Source: Phoronis australis
Lineage: Eukaryota; Animalia; Phoronida
Length of the DNA: 64,000 bases
Direction of reading: 5' to 3'
Assembly: GCA_002633005.1 (NCBI GenBank)
Contig: NMRA01000151.1
Coordinates: 538,400 to 602,399, forward strand
Position 1 is the stretch's first letter. Each line of letters starts with the position of its first letter. The position numbers and the translations under genes were made by a program. The notes beneath the pieces were generated by a model. That model made no database searches. It was given only the letters and a program-made list of their open reading frames with translations, and was not told the origin of the DNA. Shown here piece after piece: positions 30,653 to 43,146 of the stretch.

Positions 30653-33600
30653 AATTCCAGACATTAATTTGACTTAGACACAGCCCTAGACCTACCGGAG
30701 CTAACTGTTTGCCTAGGACGTGATGAGTGTGTACCTGAGCTATGAACCTGAATTTTTTGATCAAAATATTTCGTTAAATTAGAAAAGTGTAAACAGTGCT
30801 ATCGAGTCGACCTGGTCAGAGACTATAGTGCATGTGTTGTCTGTAATCTATGACCTACTTTACTCCAGGAGTCCCACCAGTTGTGACCTACTTTTCATCT
30901 GGCGAAATTTAGCAGACGACAGAATAAAAATATCGGTGTATCTTCACTCATTTTATTCGAAAGATCGTGAAATTTATGGAATCGTACAGATAATTCGACT
31001 TTAAGATACACATCCAGCTTTACATGAACATATCGTATCAGTGGCCTTGTCATTTGTCAGGTGAAGGTTGCCCCGAGGCCGAGGGATTCTTCGGATTTTC
31101 GCTGGCTCCTCGAGCACTTATTTTTTCATCGTCACCTTTACAAATTCCCATATCATGAACGTACGATTCTCTGTTGAAAAGCATCGTCTCTTGTCTCTGT
31201 CGAAGCGTTTTCAAATAGTGCAAAAACACTCATCGATTCCACCAGGAACGTTGAATAGCGACAGTGTATTTGCTCTGACATCTCGTTCGATTGTCGGGTA
31301 TCACGTGACTTTTCGCATAGGGGCGGAGCTTGCGATAGGTCAATTTGCCATTTTATGACTTAGTGGGTGAACTTTGGCCAAATAAACATTTAACTGTTCG
31401 CTGTTCGTTCACCAGTGGCAACTCCGGTCTTGATATCGGTTTATCAACATTTGTTCAACTATTGAAAGGTGGTAAAATCGAATCAACCTACAAATACAAA
31501 GTGCGTGACATTACACCAACGTGAACTTTATGTTGAATTACTGACGGCGACGTAAAATCAAAAGTTAAGTAATATCGCGGAAGCATAATTTCAGTGCCTT
31601 TGTATGAGACTTTTTATACAGTACATTATGCATAAAAACAAGCAAGAAATTTCAAATTTTACAGTAAAATTGCACAAAAATCAGAATACAAAGCTGGCTG
31701 TTTTACGACCTCAAGTGTTTTCATGCCGCGGAATGCTCGACAAGCAGAACGCATTCGCGCTCATCTGTTATTGCTCTTGATCATCACTTCATCACGCTGT
31801 ACAATTTGCTTTACCACAGATAATTATTGTTTATTTTTGTATAATTTCTTAATATGTTTTTATAGCATTAGAACAAAAGTTTATTTTAAGAACAACATAA
31901 ATAATGGTTTTAACATAGCGCAGTTATTAAGATCATGGACGCATGAAAACGGAAACATGTGATCGGTTATAATGTCATCCATGATCCATCATCACTCTGA
32001 ATTTGTTGTCACTTTCGGAGTAAAAAATTGTTTCGAAGCTAGAGCCTTCCTATTTAGCCAGCTAGCTGTATGAAGACTATTGTTAAAATACAGCAAGGTG
32101 TTACTGTGTATTGAGCTGCGACAGACCTCGAAATTGCTCGTCACCTCGTCGTGAAGCTTGTATCAACATGAGCTGAAGACCGGCGGGTGTGCATGCAAAA
32201 TGTGGAACTCAATTGACATTCACCATGCCCGTTACCGCCATTTAAACGAAAAAATATCCGACGTCATTTTCTTGCGTAATTCTCTGCATTGGTACATTGT
32301 AACAAAGAAATGTACATGTACGTCGTCGTTTTGAAATTAGTACATTTGTGACACGCGCCACTTCCATTAGATGATGACAACATCGCAGCAAAATCTGTTC
32401 TAAAATTCGGTTTACTGATATCAAATTCCAAAAACATATAATGAAGTGAAACCAATTTGTTGTGACATTTAGACAACCTCGAGGGAGAACGTTTGATTGA
32501 AGAATCTGGGAAAAAGAAACTGACTAATAGGTGACGCAATATTTCATTGCGCCGAAAGTCGACGCAAAAGATCACACCACAATTTTAGCAGCAGAATAAT
32601 AGTAGAACAGCAATTTTTTCAACGCCGGTAAATAATTTAGATTACTCAAGAAAGATTCTATTGGGTCAGTCTTTTACCCGCAACGGCGCAATTAAAAGTT
32701 GTATATTTAATTTAGTAAACAGCTTCGCACCAAGGCCGAGCCCTTTGGATTAAGAACAGAATACTTAACGTTTCGCGTCTACTCTAAGGGGTAAAAGTTA
32801 TACTTATTTACGTGTCATTACAAACTTCTCCTGTTGAGAGTTTCTTTCTCACAGAAGCCGTCTTCGAATGTAGAATTTTGCCTGTGGTATGATGTAGTGT
32901 TTGTCCCATCATTTTAGTTCACGTTCTTTCCGAAAATTAGTAAACGAATGTTCGTTTTCAAAGCAGGGGGAGAATTGTGACCAGATATAAATGTGAATGG
33001 CTTATTGTCCGCGTACGTGCTATTCAAACTTAACTTATAATTCAACCGATATTACAATATACGTTTGCCTAAGAACGTGCTCCGAGTCAGTGACCCTGTA
33101 ATCAGTATGCTGTAAACTTTGTTTACCTAAACTTTGAAGACGTGCTTTGTCTCGGTGTATTAATGAAGGTCCAAACAACACACGACTCTGAAAGTTTTGA
33201 AAACACAACTCTTTCTTTACGCAGATACGTTTTCTGCCCACGCGTACATTTGATGTAGCCCCGGCCCAACTCTCACTAAGTAAAGTTAGTGGCAGCCAGC
33301 TCACACTAAACCCCGGCGGCCGGCCACATTTCACGGCCCGAACTACTGACGTGTGTCATTGGTTCAAGTTTAATCTTTATTAGAGCTCAAATCATAAAAT
33401 ATAATACAAAAGTGCAAATATGGTGATAACCAAACGGGGGAGTATTGAGGCCTGAATTCTGGACACCGGGGTTCAGTGCCAGGGCCTAGCTTTTTGTCAG
33501 TCATAAAAATGACGAGTGGGAAGAAGTTAAGTACAACTGCTTCATAGTAAAAATCTGGTCAAAAGAGATTGAAAGAATATTAAAAGAAGTGATGTTGTTA

Positions 33601-34712
33601 TCTCTGATCAGTGTTAGTAATGATCCCAGCCACCGCGAGTATGATAGGTCTTAAGACAACACGGTAGTTCCCTCGTACCTCGCAAAGTTTAATAGTTTAT
33701 AACTTATTAGTTCATCGACTTTTAAACATGGAAAACCATGATTGTTTTTTTTCCAACTTAATACAGCCATGGAGTTTAACGAAATTCGGCGCCGGTCGCC
33801 GTGCGCCGCCCCTGCCACTCGACTGTTTTGAGTCATTTTCTGCAGCCCGCGGACGAGATTCATGAAGTCGCAATTCGGTAATTTAATATATCAACCTAGC
33901 ACACTGCAGGCTACATGTATATAGAAGCACCAAAAAACTGTTTCCCGGAGCGTGGAAAAGTCTGCGGACACGAAAAATGTTTTGTTTCACCAGCGCCGTA
34001 ACGCCGCCGTGGGGACGTGACTCGAAAGTTTTCAGTTTCCTTGAACGTAGAACTACGAAAGCGCACTAGCCCACAGAAATAAAATGAACTATTTCTCTCG
34101 TTATCTCAACTTTTCATCTTGTCATATCTGAGCTGTAAATTTCGAGTAGCGGTAACACAGAGCATGAGCGATTAACGGCGGGAGGTCTAACCACATGTCA
34201 ACTGATTTTCAAAAAGACTCCGCCGTAACTCAGGGGACGCCAGACTACGGCACAGAGTCGCTCTCAAAATACCTTCATAAAACTATTTCTGTGATCTCAT
34301 CTCCTCGGACGACCACATCACTTCCCTCGTTCCATTCAGTTTCCAAAGTCCTTCAACTCAGTTCATGGTTGCGTTTTTCTGATTGCGTGAACCGTTTAGC
34401 CAGTCTGGACCCACTGTCCCTCAAAGCCTGTTGCTTCCGATGACTTGTTTTGGCTCTCCATCTATGACATCATTTTTTTCTGTAACCAGTTCTGTGATGA
34501 AACCTTTTCCTCATGAGGAGAAAAGGGTTCTGACCTTTTTCTACTCATTTTATTGATGGCAGAGCCACCAGGAAAATTGGCGTTTGCGCTGACTCTATCT
34601 ACAACTGCGTGATGTCATTGAAACCCACGTCATCACAGCTCCATTGAAGCACTTCAATAGTTTCTTTGTTGGGTTAACCCAGCTCGACACAGTGGGGTGC
34701 CTTGGATACTTT

Positions 34713-35019
34713 AAACCAGCCTCAGGCGTTCATTAATGCTAGGACCTCGCTAAAAAGCAAGACTTCGCGAGATTACGTGAGATATTACCGAGCATTTTAA
34801 ATAAGAACACATGACTTTGACTACGTTTTAGCTAGGTCCTAGCGTCTACTGAACGCACGCCAGGCGTGCGTTCAGTACCGTTAGGACCTACGATAGGACC
34901 CAGCTACAATCTAGCAAAGTCACGTGATCTCATTTAAAATACACGGCAATATCTCACGTAATCTCGCAGTCTTGCTTTTTAACGAGGTCCTAGAGTCACT
35001 GAACGCCGGAGGCAGGTTT
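34713..35019. mobile_element. ~305-bp palindrome formed by two inverted MITE-like units
   Basis: Outer arms are reverse complements (ctaggacctcgctaaaaagcaagact..gcgagattacgtgagatatt / aatatctcacgtaatctcgcagtcttgctttttaacgaggtcctag). The centre is a perfect 15-bp hairpin, tactgaacgcacgcc-a-ggcgtgcgttcagta (34847-34877). Confidence 0.8.
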
Positions 35020-35946
35020 CACTGAACCCGCTCCCTGTAAACAAGAGCTACATGTAGCGTTGAAATGCACCCAGGACGGCAATGCAAATTGAAGAATTAT
35101 TTTTAATTCACTTTTTTGAGAAAAAAAAAATCAATGCGGAGGCACAGCAGTGATCCAATTGTTGTCGAGTTTAAAATATGTCTACACACGCCAAATTGTG
35201 AACTTTCAAAGGGTTAAGTAGATATCAACACAGATGTCAACAACAGCAACGCGGAGCGTTGAAATTTGCCCACGATAGCACTACAATTAAAGGTGTGCTT
35301 CAACAAGTATTCTTTAGAATTATAAGAATATCCATTAAACGCCGCATATTTCGCCAACTCATCCGAATTGAGAAAGTGGCGCCTTCTCTGCAAATCATAA
35401 CTATTTGCAGAATTTCATGAAAGTAAGCTAACGAAATCCTAAGCTATAGAGGCAAACGTAAAAATAACGTTAGGGGCTAATGCATGCTATGGTCCGAGCG
35501 GCAGAGCGGCAGAGCTGCTCTCTCACAGTTCTTGAAGTTTTTACTATGAAGGATAGTGTGGATACTGATGACACTGGTCACATTGAGATATAGACTTCAG
35601 TGATTATGGATATCAAAGTGCATGTGGATACTGATGACACTCAGTGGTCAGATTTAGAAACAGATTTCAGTGATCTAGATTATGACGGGGATATGCCACA
35701 TGGAAAACTTTCTTGACATGTTTTCTGGAAATTTAAATGGATTATTTGTAAACAAATGTCTTTGTTTATGGAAAACAAAAAGTAAAACTATTTGTTGAAC
35801 CCTTTATCAATAATGAACTTGGATAATTTTTATATCAACATGAAGCTCATTTACTCAAGATGTGTTTCTGAAAATTTGGTAAGTATATGTTTACTAATGA
35901 CTAAGTGACGAGGTTTTAATTATGTGCAGTGCTTGTGACCTAGTTA

Positions 35947-36735
35947 TTTTTTTACAATTAATACATTTATTACAAAAGACAAATACATATACAAATATAC
36001 ACACAACACAACAACGTACAGAGCTGTGCAAAAAAATAACGAGAAAGCATTGCAATGTTACTTCGAAGTTAAAAAGTACTCCTTAAGTTTCTGTTCTGGC
36101 ATCTGGTCAACTCTCTGGGTCCCCTCATGTTTGAAATACACATTTCCAATCTTCCCATTTTTTGTATCATTAAATTTCCGTGTGCTTAACGAAGCACTAA
36201 CTTCTGTATTAAAACACTCATTCAAAAACTTTTTAAGACATCCTAAATTAGGTTTGACGTTAGCAAATTTCCTTTTAAAAATGAAAATTTTAGTTTGTAA
36301 AAGAAACCAATTCAAAATTCTATTCTTTTCATTTTGAAGACCAAATATTATGGTGGTTTTGTCTATTTCAAAATTTGCTTGCATTGCAGTCGTTAACTAG
36401 AGACGTACCCCGTGCCAGAAAGAATTAACATATTCACATTCAAAGAATAAGTGTTCTAGAGTTTCGGGAAAGCCATTTACAAAAAGTACAAGCATTTGAG
36501 TCCAAGTATCTAATCTTATTTAAAAAGTAGTTAGTAGGTAGAATTCTATGCAGTAAGCGGAACTGAAAAAAGGAAGCATGTGTCATTCGTACATTCATGA
36601 GGAAGTTTGTAATACAAGTTCCACATCTTCTCTGATAGCGAAAATCCCAGTACTTCGAATTTCTTTTGAGCCCTGAAAGACTTAAACCGTGTTTTAGAAC
36701 CAGTCCAGGTTGTGGACTAATAGTTTTTTCACAGT
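35947..36735 (-). mobile_element. 5'-truncated L1/Tx1-like LINE 3' fragment
   Basis: Encodes FQFRLLHRILPTNYFLNKIRYLDSNACTFCK / ETLEHLFFECEYVNSFW...NWFLLQTKIFIFK (zf-RVT-like CCHC C-terminus) with a frameshift and a stop. AATAAA and an A-rich tail lie at ~35947-35971 on the minus strand. Confidence 0.8.
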
Positions 36736-37600
36736 TAATACGAACATACGTTTTATATGCGTGTGAGTGTGTAGACCATCTGCCTGCGAGTCTGATTTGT
36801 TCCGGTGTCCACCCAGCCATGCTTGCCGCTGTTGCAGCCCCAATGCGGAATGAATGGAACCGGTATTTGCCATGTTCCACGCCCATTTTTTTCATTGCCA
36901 ACCGGAGGATAGCGCTAAACTGATAGCGAGTGAGGGGTTTTCCTCCAAAATGACAGAGGAACTGGCGGGCGCTTGGTGGTCTGAGTTTGTGAAATTTAAG
37001 CATGTTGTGGACTGGGCATATAAACTGGTGGTGAGATAAGGGATGTAGAACGGGTGTCGATATTTTCCCACGCTGGTCGGTCTTGGATGATGTGATTTTA
37101 ATAAGGACCATGTTGTTGGCAAAGGTGACATCGTCCGCTTGAAGACCTCCATTGTTTGGGCCAACTAACTCCGATATTCGGAAAAAAACAAAAAAACGCC
37201 AAAGCGTATGCTGTCTTGAAAAGCTGCGTCTCGTATGTAGAGGAGCAGACTAGATGCAGGCTGTGGACCAACTGGTACAGTATCGCAGGAGTAATTGGTA
37301 GTCGGGTGTCAGCACTTTTCGCACAACGACGAAGGCCCTCCAGTATCTTGGACGCGATGAAGTTGGTGGCAACATGTGGGTAACCATCCACCTTGCATTT
37401 AAAGTACACTCCTGCCAAGTATGACTCGACGGTACGGGCCGCAAAACCGCGGAGAGACATGTACGAAATATATAGGACTAGATGGTCGGTTCGAGGGGGC
37501 CAACACAGGGTTAGGTTCTGCTGTCGTCTGAACGAATCAAATGACTGGAGACCTTGGTCGTACACTTTATGGGTGTTGCTGGAGATTGGTGCCTGGATTA
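36735..37600 (-). pseudogene. Tyrosine recombinase ORF (frameshift near 37185)
   Basis: LRGFAARTVESYLAGV...DTRLPIT...LAFF / RISELV...SKTDQ...CPV...HSFRIGAATAA...AGRWS...YKTYVR; the catalytic R, K, HxxR, W and Y residues are present. Confidence 0.9.
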
Positions 37601-39240
37601 ATCTAGCTGCCTCATCGTGGAGATCAGTTGCAGGAATTGGTGGGGTATTGGTTCTGGCGATGCGTTTGTTTCTGGTGCCAACGTGCGAAATCTTTCCACC
37701 TGTTTGCGGGAGATAGCATCAGCAACACTATTATCGACACCTCTCACATGTTTGGCTCTTAAGGTAACATTATGACATAGGGCTAATAACAACAGGGCCC
37801 TAATGAGTTGCATGACAGTCTTAGATTTAGATGATTGACGGTTGATGACGTGGACCAAGGCTTCATTGTCTATCCATAGGATGATTTTCTTATTGGAAAA
37901 GGAGGGGCCCCAAATACAAAAGGCTAAGACCACGGGGACTAGTTCTAAGAATGTCATGTCTGCCACGAAGGCAGCCCACTCGGTTGGCCATGGGTAGAAT
38001 ACCCACTGTTTGTTAAAAATGGCCCCAGCTCCTAAGTTTAGTGCACCTGCACTGTCAGTGTACAGTGAGAGAGCGTCGTTTGTTGTCCATTCTGACTCGG
38101 GAAAGAAGGTGAACCCGTTGAATGAGTCCAGAAACAACAACCATAGCAGCATGTCATCTTTCATACCATTAGACATTGATATGTGATGGTGGGGTTTAAA
38201 GGCCCTGGACAGAGCATCGTAGAATCTCCGAATGAAGGCTCGCGCGACTGGAACAGCCTTAGAGAAAATATTCAGCATGCCACTTAAAGATTCCAGCTCC
38301 CGTCGTTTCATTCGTTGCTTGTGGACTAAGGCTGATAACGTGGTGCGGAGTTGGATGCGTTTCTTGTCCGGTATTCTTATTTGTTGTTGAACAGTGTCGA
38401 TGTCCAGGCCTAAGAATGTGAGTTGTGTGGAAGGACCAGCTGTTTTGTCCGTAGCAATGGGTACACCGATTTCATCACAGATGGATGTGAAGTGGGCCAT
38501 TAGTGTCTTGCAGATGTCTGTGCCAGGCGGCCCAACGAATATGAAGTCGTCAAGGTAGTGGTCCAATGTTTTGTGCCCCGATCGAGCCTCGACGGCCCAG
38601 TGTAGTGCTGTTGAGAATTTCTAGAAGAGGTAAGGTGCTAACGAGGCGCCAAATGGGAGGCATTTGTCAATGAAGTAGTACCCCTGGTGTTGGTACCCTA
38701 AAAGGTCGAAGTCACTGGGGTAAATTGGAAGGAGTCGGAAGGCGGACTTAATGTCCATTTTTGCTAGCTGGGCACCCAAGCCAGCATGGCTGATCATGTC
38801 TATAACATTATCAAAGCTTGTATACTGCACGGTGCAGTAATCGGGATTAATTCCGTCGTTAACACTGGTCCCTACTGGATATGAGAGGTGGGAGATCATG
38901 CGAAAACCCCCGTCAGGTTTGGAGAGGAGACCAAGCGGCGATGTACGAAGGTTATAGATGGGGCGTGTAGGAAAGGGACCTGCCATGCGGCCCAGGTCAC
39001 ATTCTTTGATGAGCTTGTCCCACAGCTGCTGGGGTTGGCAAATCGCTGATAACAGATTTCTCGCTGTGGTGTGGCTTCTTGTGCCTGTGTATTGTAACCT
39101 AAAGCCGTTTCGGAATCCTTGAACAAGAAATGAAGCGCGGTTGGGATCCGGGTAGCCATGCAGAATGCGTTCTAGCGCCAGCGGTTTGACAGGCGTGTTG
39201 CCCAGGCTCCAGATATACTCGTGATGTGGGTGTATGGTCG
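37598..39240 (-). pseudogene. Reverse transcriptase-RNase H ORF (one in-frame stop at 38621-38623)
   Basis: TPVKP...GFRNGF...GRMAGPF...FRMISHLSYP...AKMDIKSAFRLLPI...CLPFG...HYLDDF...TFLGLDID...LYTDSAG...LELVPV...WIDNEALV...HVRGVDNSVADAISR, giving DIRS/Ngaro-type RT and RNase H motifs. Confidence 0.92.
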
Positions 39241-39328
39241 ATGCTAAAATAACATAACACTAAAATAACTTGGTGCGATCCTGGTAGTTTAACGGAAAGG
39301 GGAAATGAATCATGTAGTAGGGTAGGGT

Positions 39329-40219
39329 TTACAATGGCCTAGGCTTAGATGTAAATCTATGGTGAGGGTGGGTTGGATTGCGGGGGCGGATTGCAAATTG
39401 GTTGGATGGACCCTGGGAAGGCCCTGGCCGGGATTGTTGGGTAGCCCTGTAACATGTGAGGCTTGGGTGGGAGCCACCGCAGGTCATGCAGGTATGCTTG
39501 TATCTGTACTGCCATGAAGTGCAATTTCCCTTGAAGTTAAAGGCGTAGCAGTGTCTGGTAGGTGGGTGAGGTGCGGTGTCGATAGTCGGGCCAGTCATAT
39601 TTCGCAACCACAACTCCGGATCTATCGCCGACTATGGTGTGGCCGGGTCACGAGCTTTGCAGGAGCGGTATTGTTCGTCATAAGGTATCCAACCGGTTCT
39701 GGTGCGCTGGGCCCCGAGGCGAACGACATGCATGTACTTAAGCAGCTCTGGGCCTCGGTGGGGGTGAGCTTCGATAAATATTGACACAAATATGAGAAAG
39801 GCGTCAGTCCATTTCTCAATGGTTGTTATTTTGGGTTTGGGTGGTTGGTGTAACACGAGGCGGTTGTTAAACACCACCACTTGCTGTGGCGATGTGATGG
39901 CTGAGGTTGGGAGGAGGGTGCAAAGGTCGATGTATTCGCCGTCATGTATTTTTGTGTGAATTGAAGATGGGACATGGGCTCCCATTATCGGATAGACACT
40001 AGGAATTGGTGGAGGTGCCACGTAATCAAGTAATGTGACCTCAGAGACTAACTGACCTGGTTGGGGTGGAGTGGCTGGCGGTGCAGACGTAGATGCTTGG
40101 TCGCTGTGGCTGGTAGGAGCCTGGTCTAACGGCCCAGTCTCTGTTCTCGCTGACCTAGTCCTGGTCCTTTTAGGGGTGGCCCGGCCTGACTCTGTTGTCT
40201 TGCCTTTGGCTTTTGGCAT
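39329..40219 (-). pseudogene. Ngaro gag-like ORF1 (one in-frame stop at 39632-39634)
   Basis: MPKAKGK...IHDGEYIDLCTLL...ITTIEKWTDAFLIFVSI...ELLKYMHVVR...GWIPYDEQYR...DPATP*SAIDPELW...CYAFNFKGNC...YKHTCMTCGGSHP; the two ORF-track pieces share one frame. Confidence 0.82.
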
Positions 40220-43146
40220 GTTGTAGCTCGAGTGAATGTACTGTAGACTGAGGCTGGGAACCGGAAGCTGGTGAGGGAGAACCACTAGCGCTACGATCGG
40301 AGTAGATAGGTACTAACTAGAGTTGGATATGAAGGTTGAAGGGGTGTAGAATAATATTTGCCCAAATAATAGGATTTATGTCAGAGTGCTATAAATCTAA
40401 TCAAAGCTGAAATTACGGCCTCAAAACCATGGCAACTGTCGGTCCTGTACTGTCTGCTTGACGTCTATTAACGTAAAGTGGTTCCGAAAAAAGTAAGAAC
40501 GTATTTTAACATGAGGCAAGCCAAAAATCATACTTGATAGAATGGTTATTGATAACTATACTTTTAATTACCGAAGACCCACGGAGAGCGCTGATCCTGT
40601 AACGGTGAAAATCTTTCGGGTAGTAATTTTTCTGCTGCTCATCAGATGGCGCACCGATTTAGCGAGTCGGAAAAATGATTCTGTTGAACAAGTTGTACCC
40701 ATTATGCAGTGCCAAGTCAATATTTTAGGGCGCGCCCAAGTGTGTAACTTTGAGAAATCCTACATTTTTGGCTAATTATTCAGTGCACGTAAAACGTATA
40801 TTGGCTACTTCTATTTCTATAGGAGTGTTTTCGCCAACCTCCACTCAACAGTTTTTGAAGTAACATTTCAGCCCGTTGTATTTACAATTATCACCGGGAC
40901 TTCCATCGATTGCAAAGTAAAGGACTGAAACGTGGATTCGATGAAGCATTACAGGTTCAGGTGATAATGGACCAGAAGATTCCAACTGTGAACATAGAAC
41001 ATTCCTAAGCACAATATGAATTCGAGATGTACACAAAATACTACATAGGGCTAGAAATGTCATTGGTTAATCCGGGCATCAGATGTAAACCACTAGCAGA
41101 TCCAGAATTTCAAAAGGGGCAATTGCAATAGTGCTCTGAATTTGAAATACAGACAGACAGACAATACGAAAATGTCAAATTATTTCACGTAAGGTATCGG
41201 TGAACTTAAATGTTTATTTATCTAACACTCATTGAAACTCTGACTTGTAACGCATAGAAAAACACACCATTGCAGTGTTTATTACACAGGAAATTTATAC
41301 AACGCAGCCTTTGGTCATGGTTGACATCGAGCTATGGATAGGACACTTTAGTTTCCCACCTGTAAATTGATTATGGTGCATGTGTGTAGTATACAAGTGT
41401 GGGTGTTAAAGCTGGTTGTGAAAGTTAAGTTTGGGGTATCGACATCTTTTATCAAAATGAAGTAAAAATGAAACCATAGTCTACATCACAATGCAATTTT
41501 TGTCAGCATTATACAAAACAGGAAAAACGGAAAGTGCCAAAGATTGCATCTCTGGCAGTATGCTTCCAGGGATGTTAATAATATGTAATATATAAAATAA
41601 AAAGCCTCTAGGTGGTGCAGCATACATTATATTCATCTGAAACAAGACAATCGCTATCACCTTCTTGCCAAATTCCATACATCAAGATACTTGGTTGTTA
41701 AAGAACCGCTAGAAGACGACACAGCACTCAGACATGTCCTAAAATTTATGCCGGGCATACTCTCTTCAAAAATGTAACACATACATCAAATTGAACCCAG
41801 ATTCATCAGCAGAACTTTGTAAATATTGCGGCGCAGATAAACAAACAAATTGCCACTCCGAGCGCCTCGGTGGTTGCACCCATCAGAAAACCTGACAGTC
41901 GTGATCATCTCAATAGGAACACATGAGCTAAATTTCAGAACTATCCTCCAAGCAATTTCAAGGACAGAAAGTTTGCTGCCATAAATAATAATCTCTAGTG
42001 GCACAGAATATCTTAAATCCAGCCAAAAATAGCAGTTTGTTCTCGTTTCCTCAACAGAAACAAATATACCATATTGTGCGAAAATATACCAAGAAACTTG
42101 GTAGATATAGAGGCATCCATAAAGAAAACCAGAATTACCATTAAGCAGTGCTGTAGTGGCGTGTAGGCACAGGTAAGCGCAACCAACCACTTTTTAGCAT
42201 TTGAACGTAATGCCTACGCACCGTACGTTCAGTGCTCAAGGTGATACGGTGGGCTTTGGGCGCCTACTTACCTTTAATTTTACCCCTACAGCACTGCCAT
42301 TAAAAGGCACCATAGGAGATCGTTCAATCAACAATCAGTGTCAGTCGTGCCCATCTCAATGGCAGCATTTCTGTACAGATTGCATAGGTACGCCAGGAAG
42401 TAGGAAAACGTGGCTGTCTCCATAATTGAAACTTATTTGCGAAATTTGATGAAAATCAGTCAAGGAACTTGCTAGATAAAGAGACTGACATGAAGAAGTA
42501 AAGTTGCCACTAGGGGCCCAGTGGTAGCCAAATACATCCCAAAATTCTCTTGTGTCATCTCATTTGTAAAATTTCACATTCGCTAAGGATTTTGAGATGC
42601 AACAGCAGATGCCAGACAAAAAGACCTGGATGGCAGCATAATGGGCCTACACACGCATGCTTGCAAGCAGCCATACAGAACAAGGCAAGAGTAACCAGAC
42701 GCTATAAATCTTTGCCCCTCTTGATGGCTAGTCTTGTTAATGCAAAAATAACTGGTAATAAATATTACCACAGCTAATTACAGAATTGCTTAGCCACCAT
42801 ACTAACTTTCCTGTTTCCCTTAATTTTCAGTCACAAAGGAAGAACACTTTGACCACGAATTCTACTTTTGCCCCAGCTATCATGGCAAGGAATTCCGGGT
42901 TATTTTGTCATGATACCTTTGGCTTGTACTGTATAATAATGTGTACAAATAACAAGGAAATGACAGTTAAAGGGACACTCTTGGCATGAGAAGTAAATTC
43001 ACAGAAAATATCATGGAATCAGACTCACGACTTCATAGCAATATACACACCATAAGGCGCACAACAAGAATACAGTAACACTGATGATTACGATCTACAT
43101 GGATACTGCTCAAGATATTCAAACAGTAGTTCTATGATTGGGTCCT

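Larger units (their letters stand above)
36735..40330 (-). mobile_element. Ngaro-like (DIRS order) tyrosine-recombinase retrotransposon, degenerate and 3'-truncated
   Basis: Gene order is gag-like ORF with a C-terminal Cys/His finger, RT-RNase H, then an overlapping tyrosine recombinase. It is markedly more GC-rich than the flanks. Terminal split direct repeats were not resolved. Confidence 0.88.

Noticed and set aside
33435-33495. tRNA/SINE-like B-box (ggttcagtgcc) followed by a T run
   Set aside because: No cloverleaf or A-box can be built; too degenerate to call.
36440-37111. 223-aa ORF as a functional host gene
   Set aside because: It is a chimera of a frameshifted YR C-terminus and a LINE fragment; reported as a TE junction instead.
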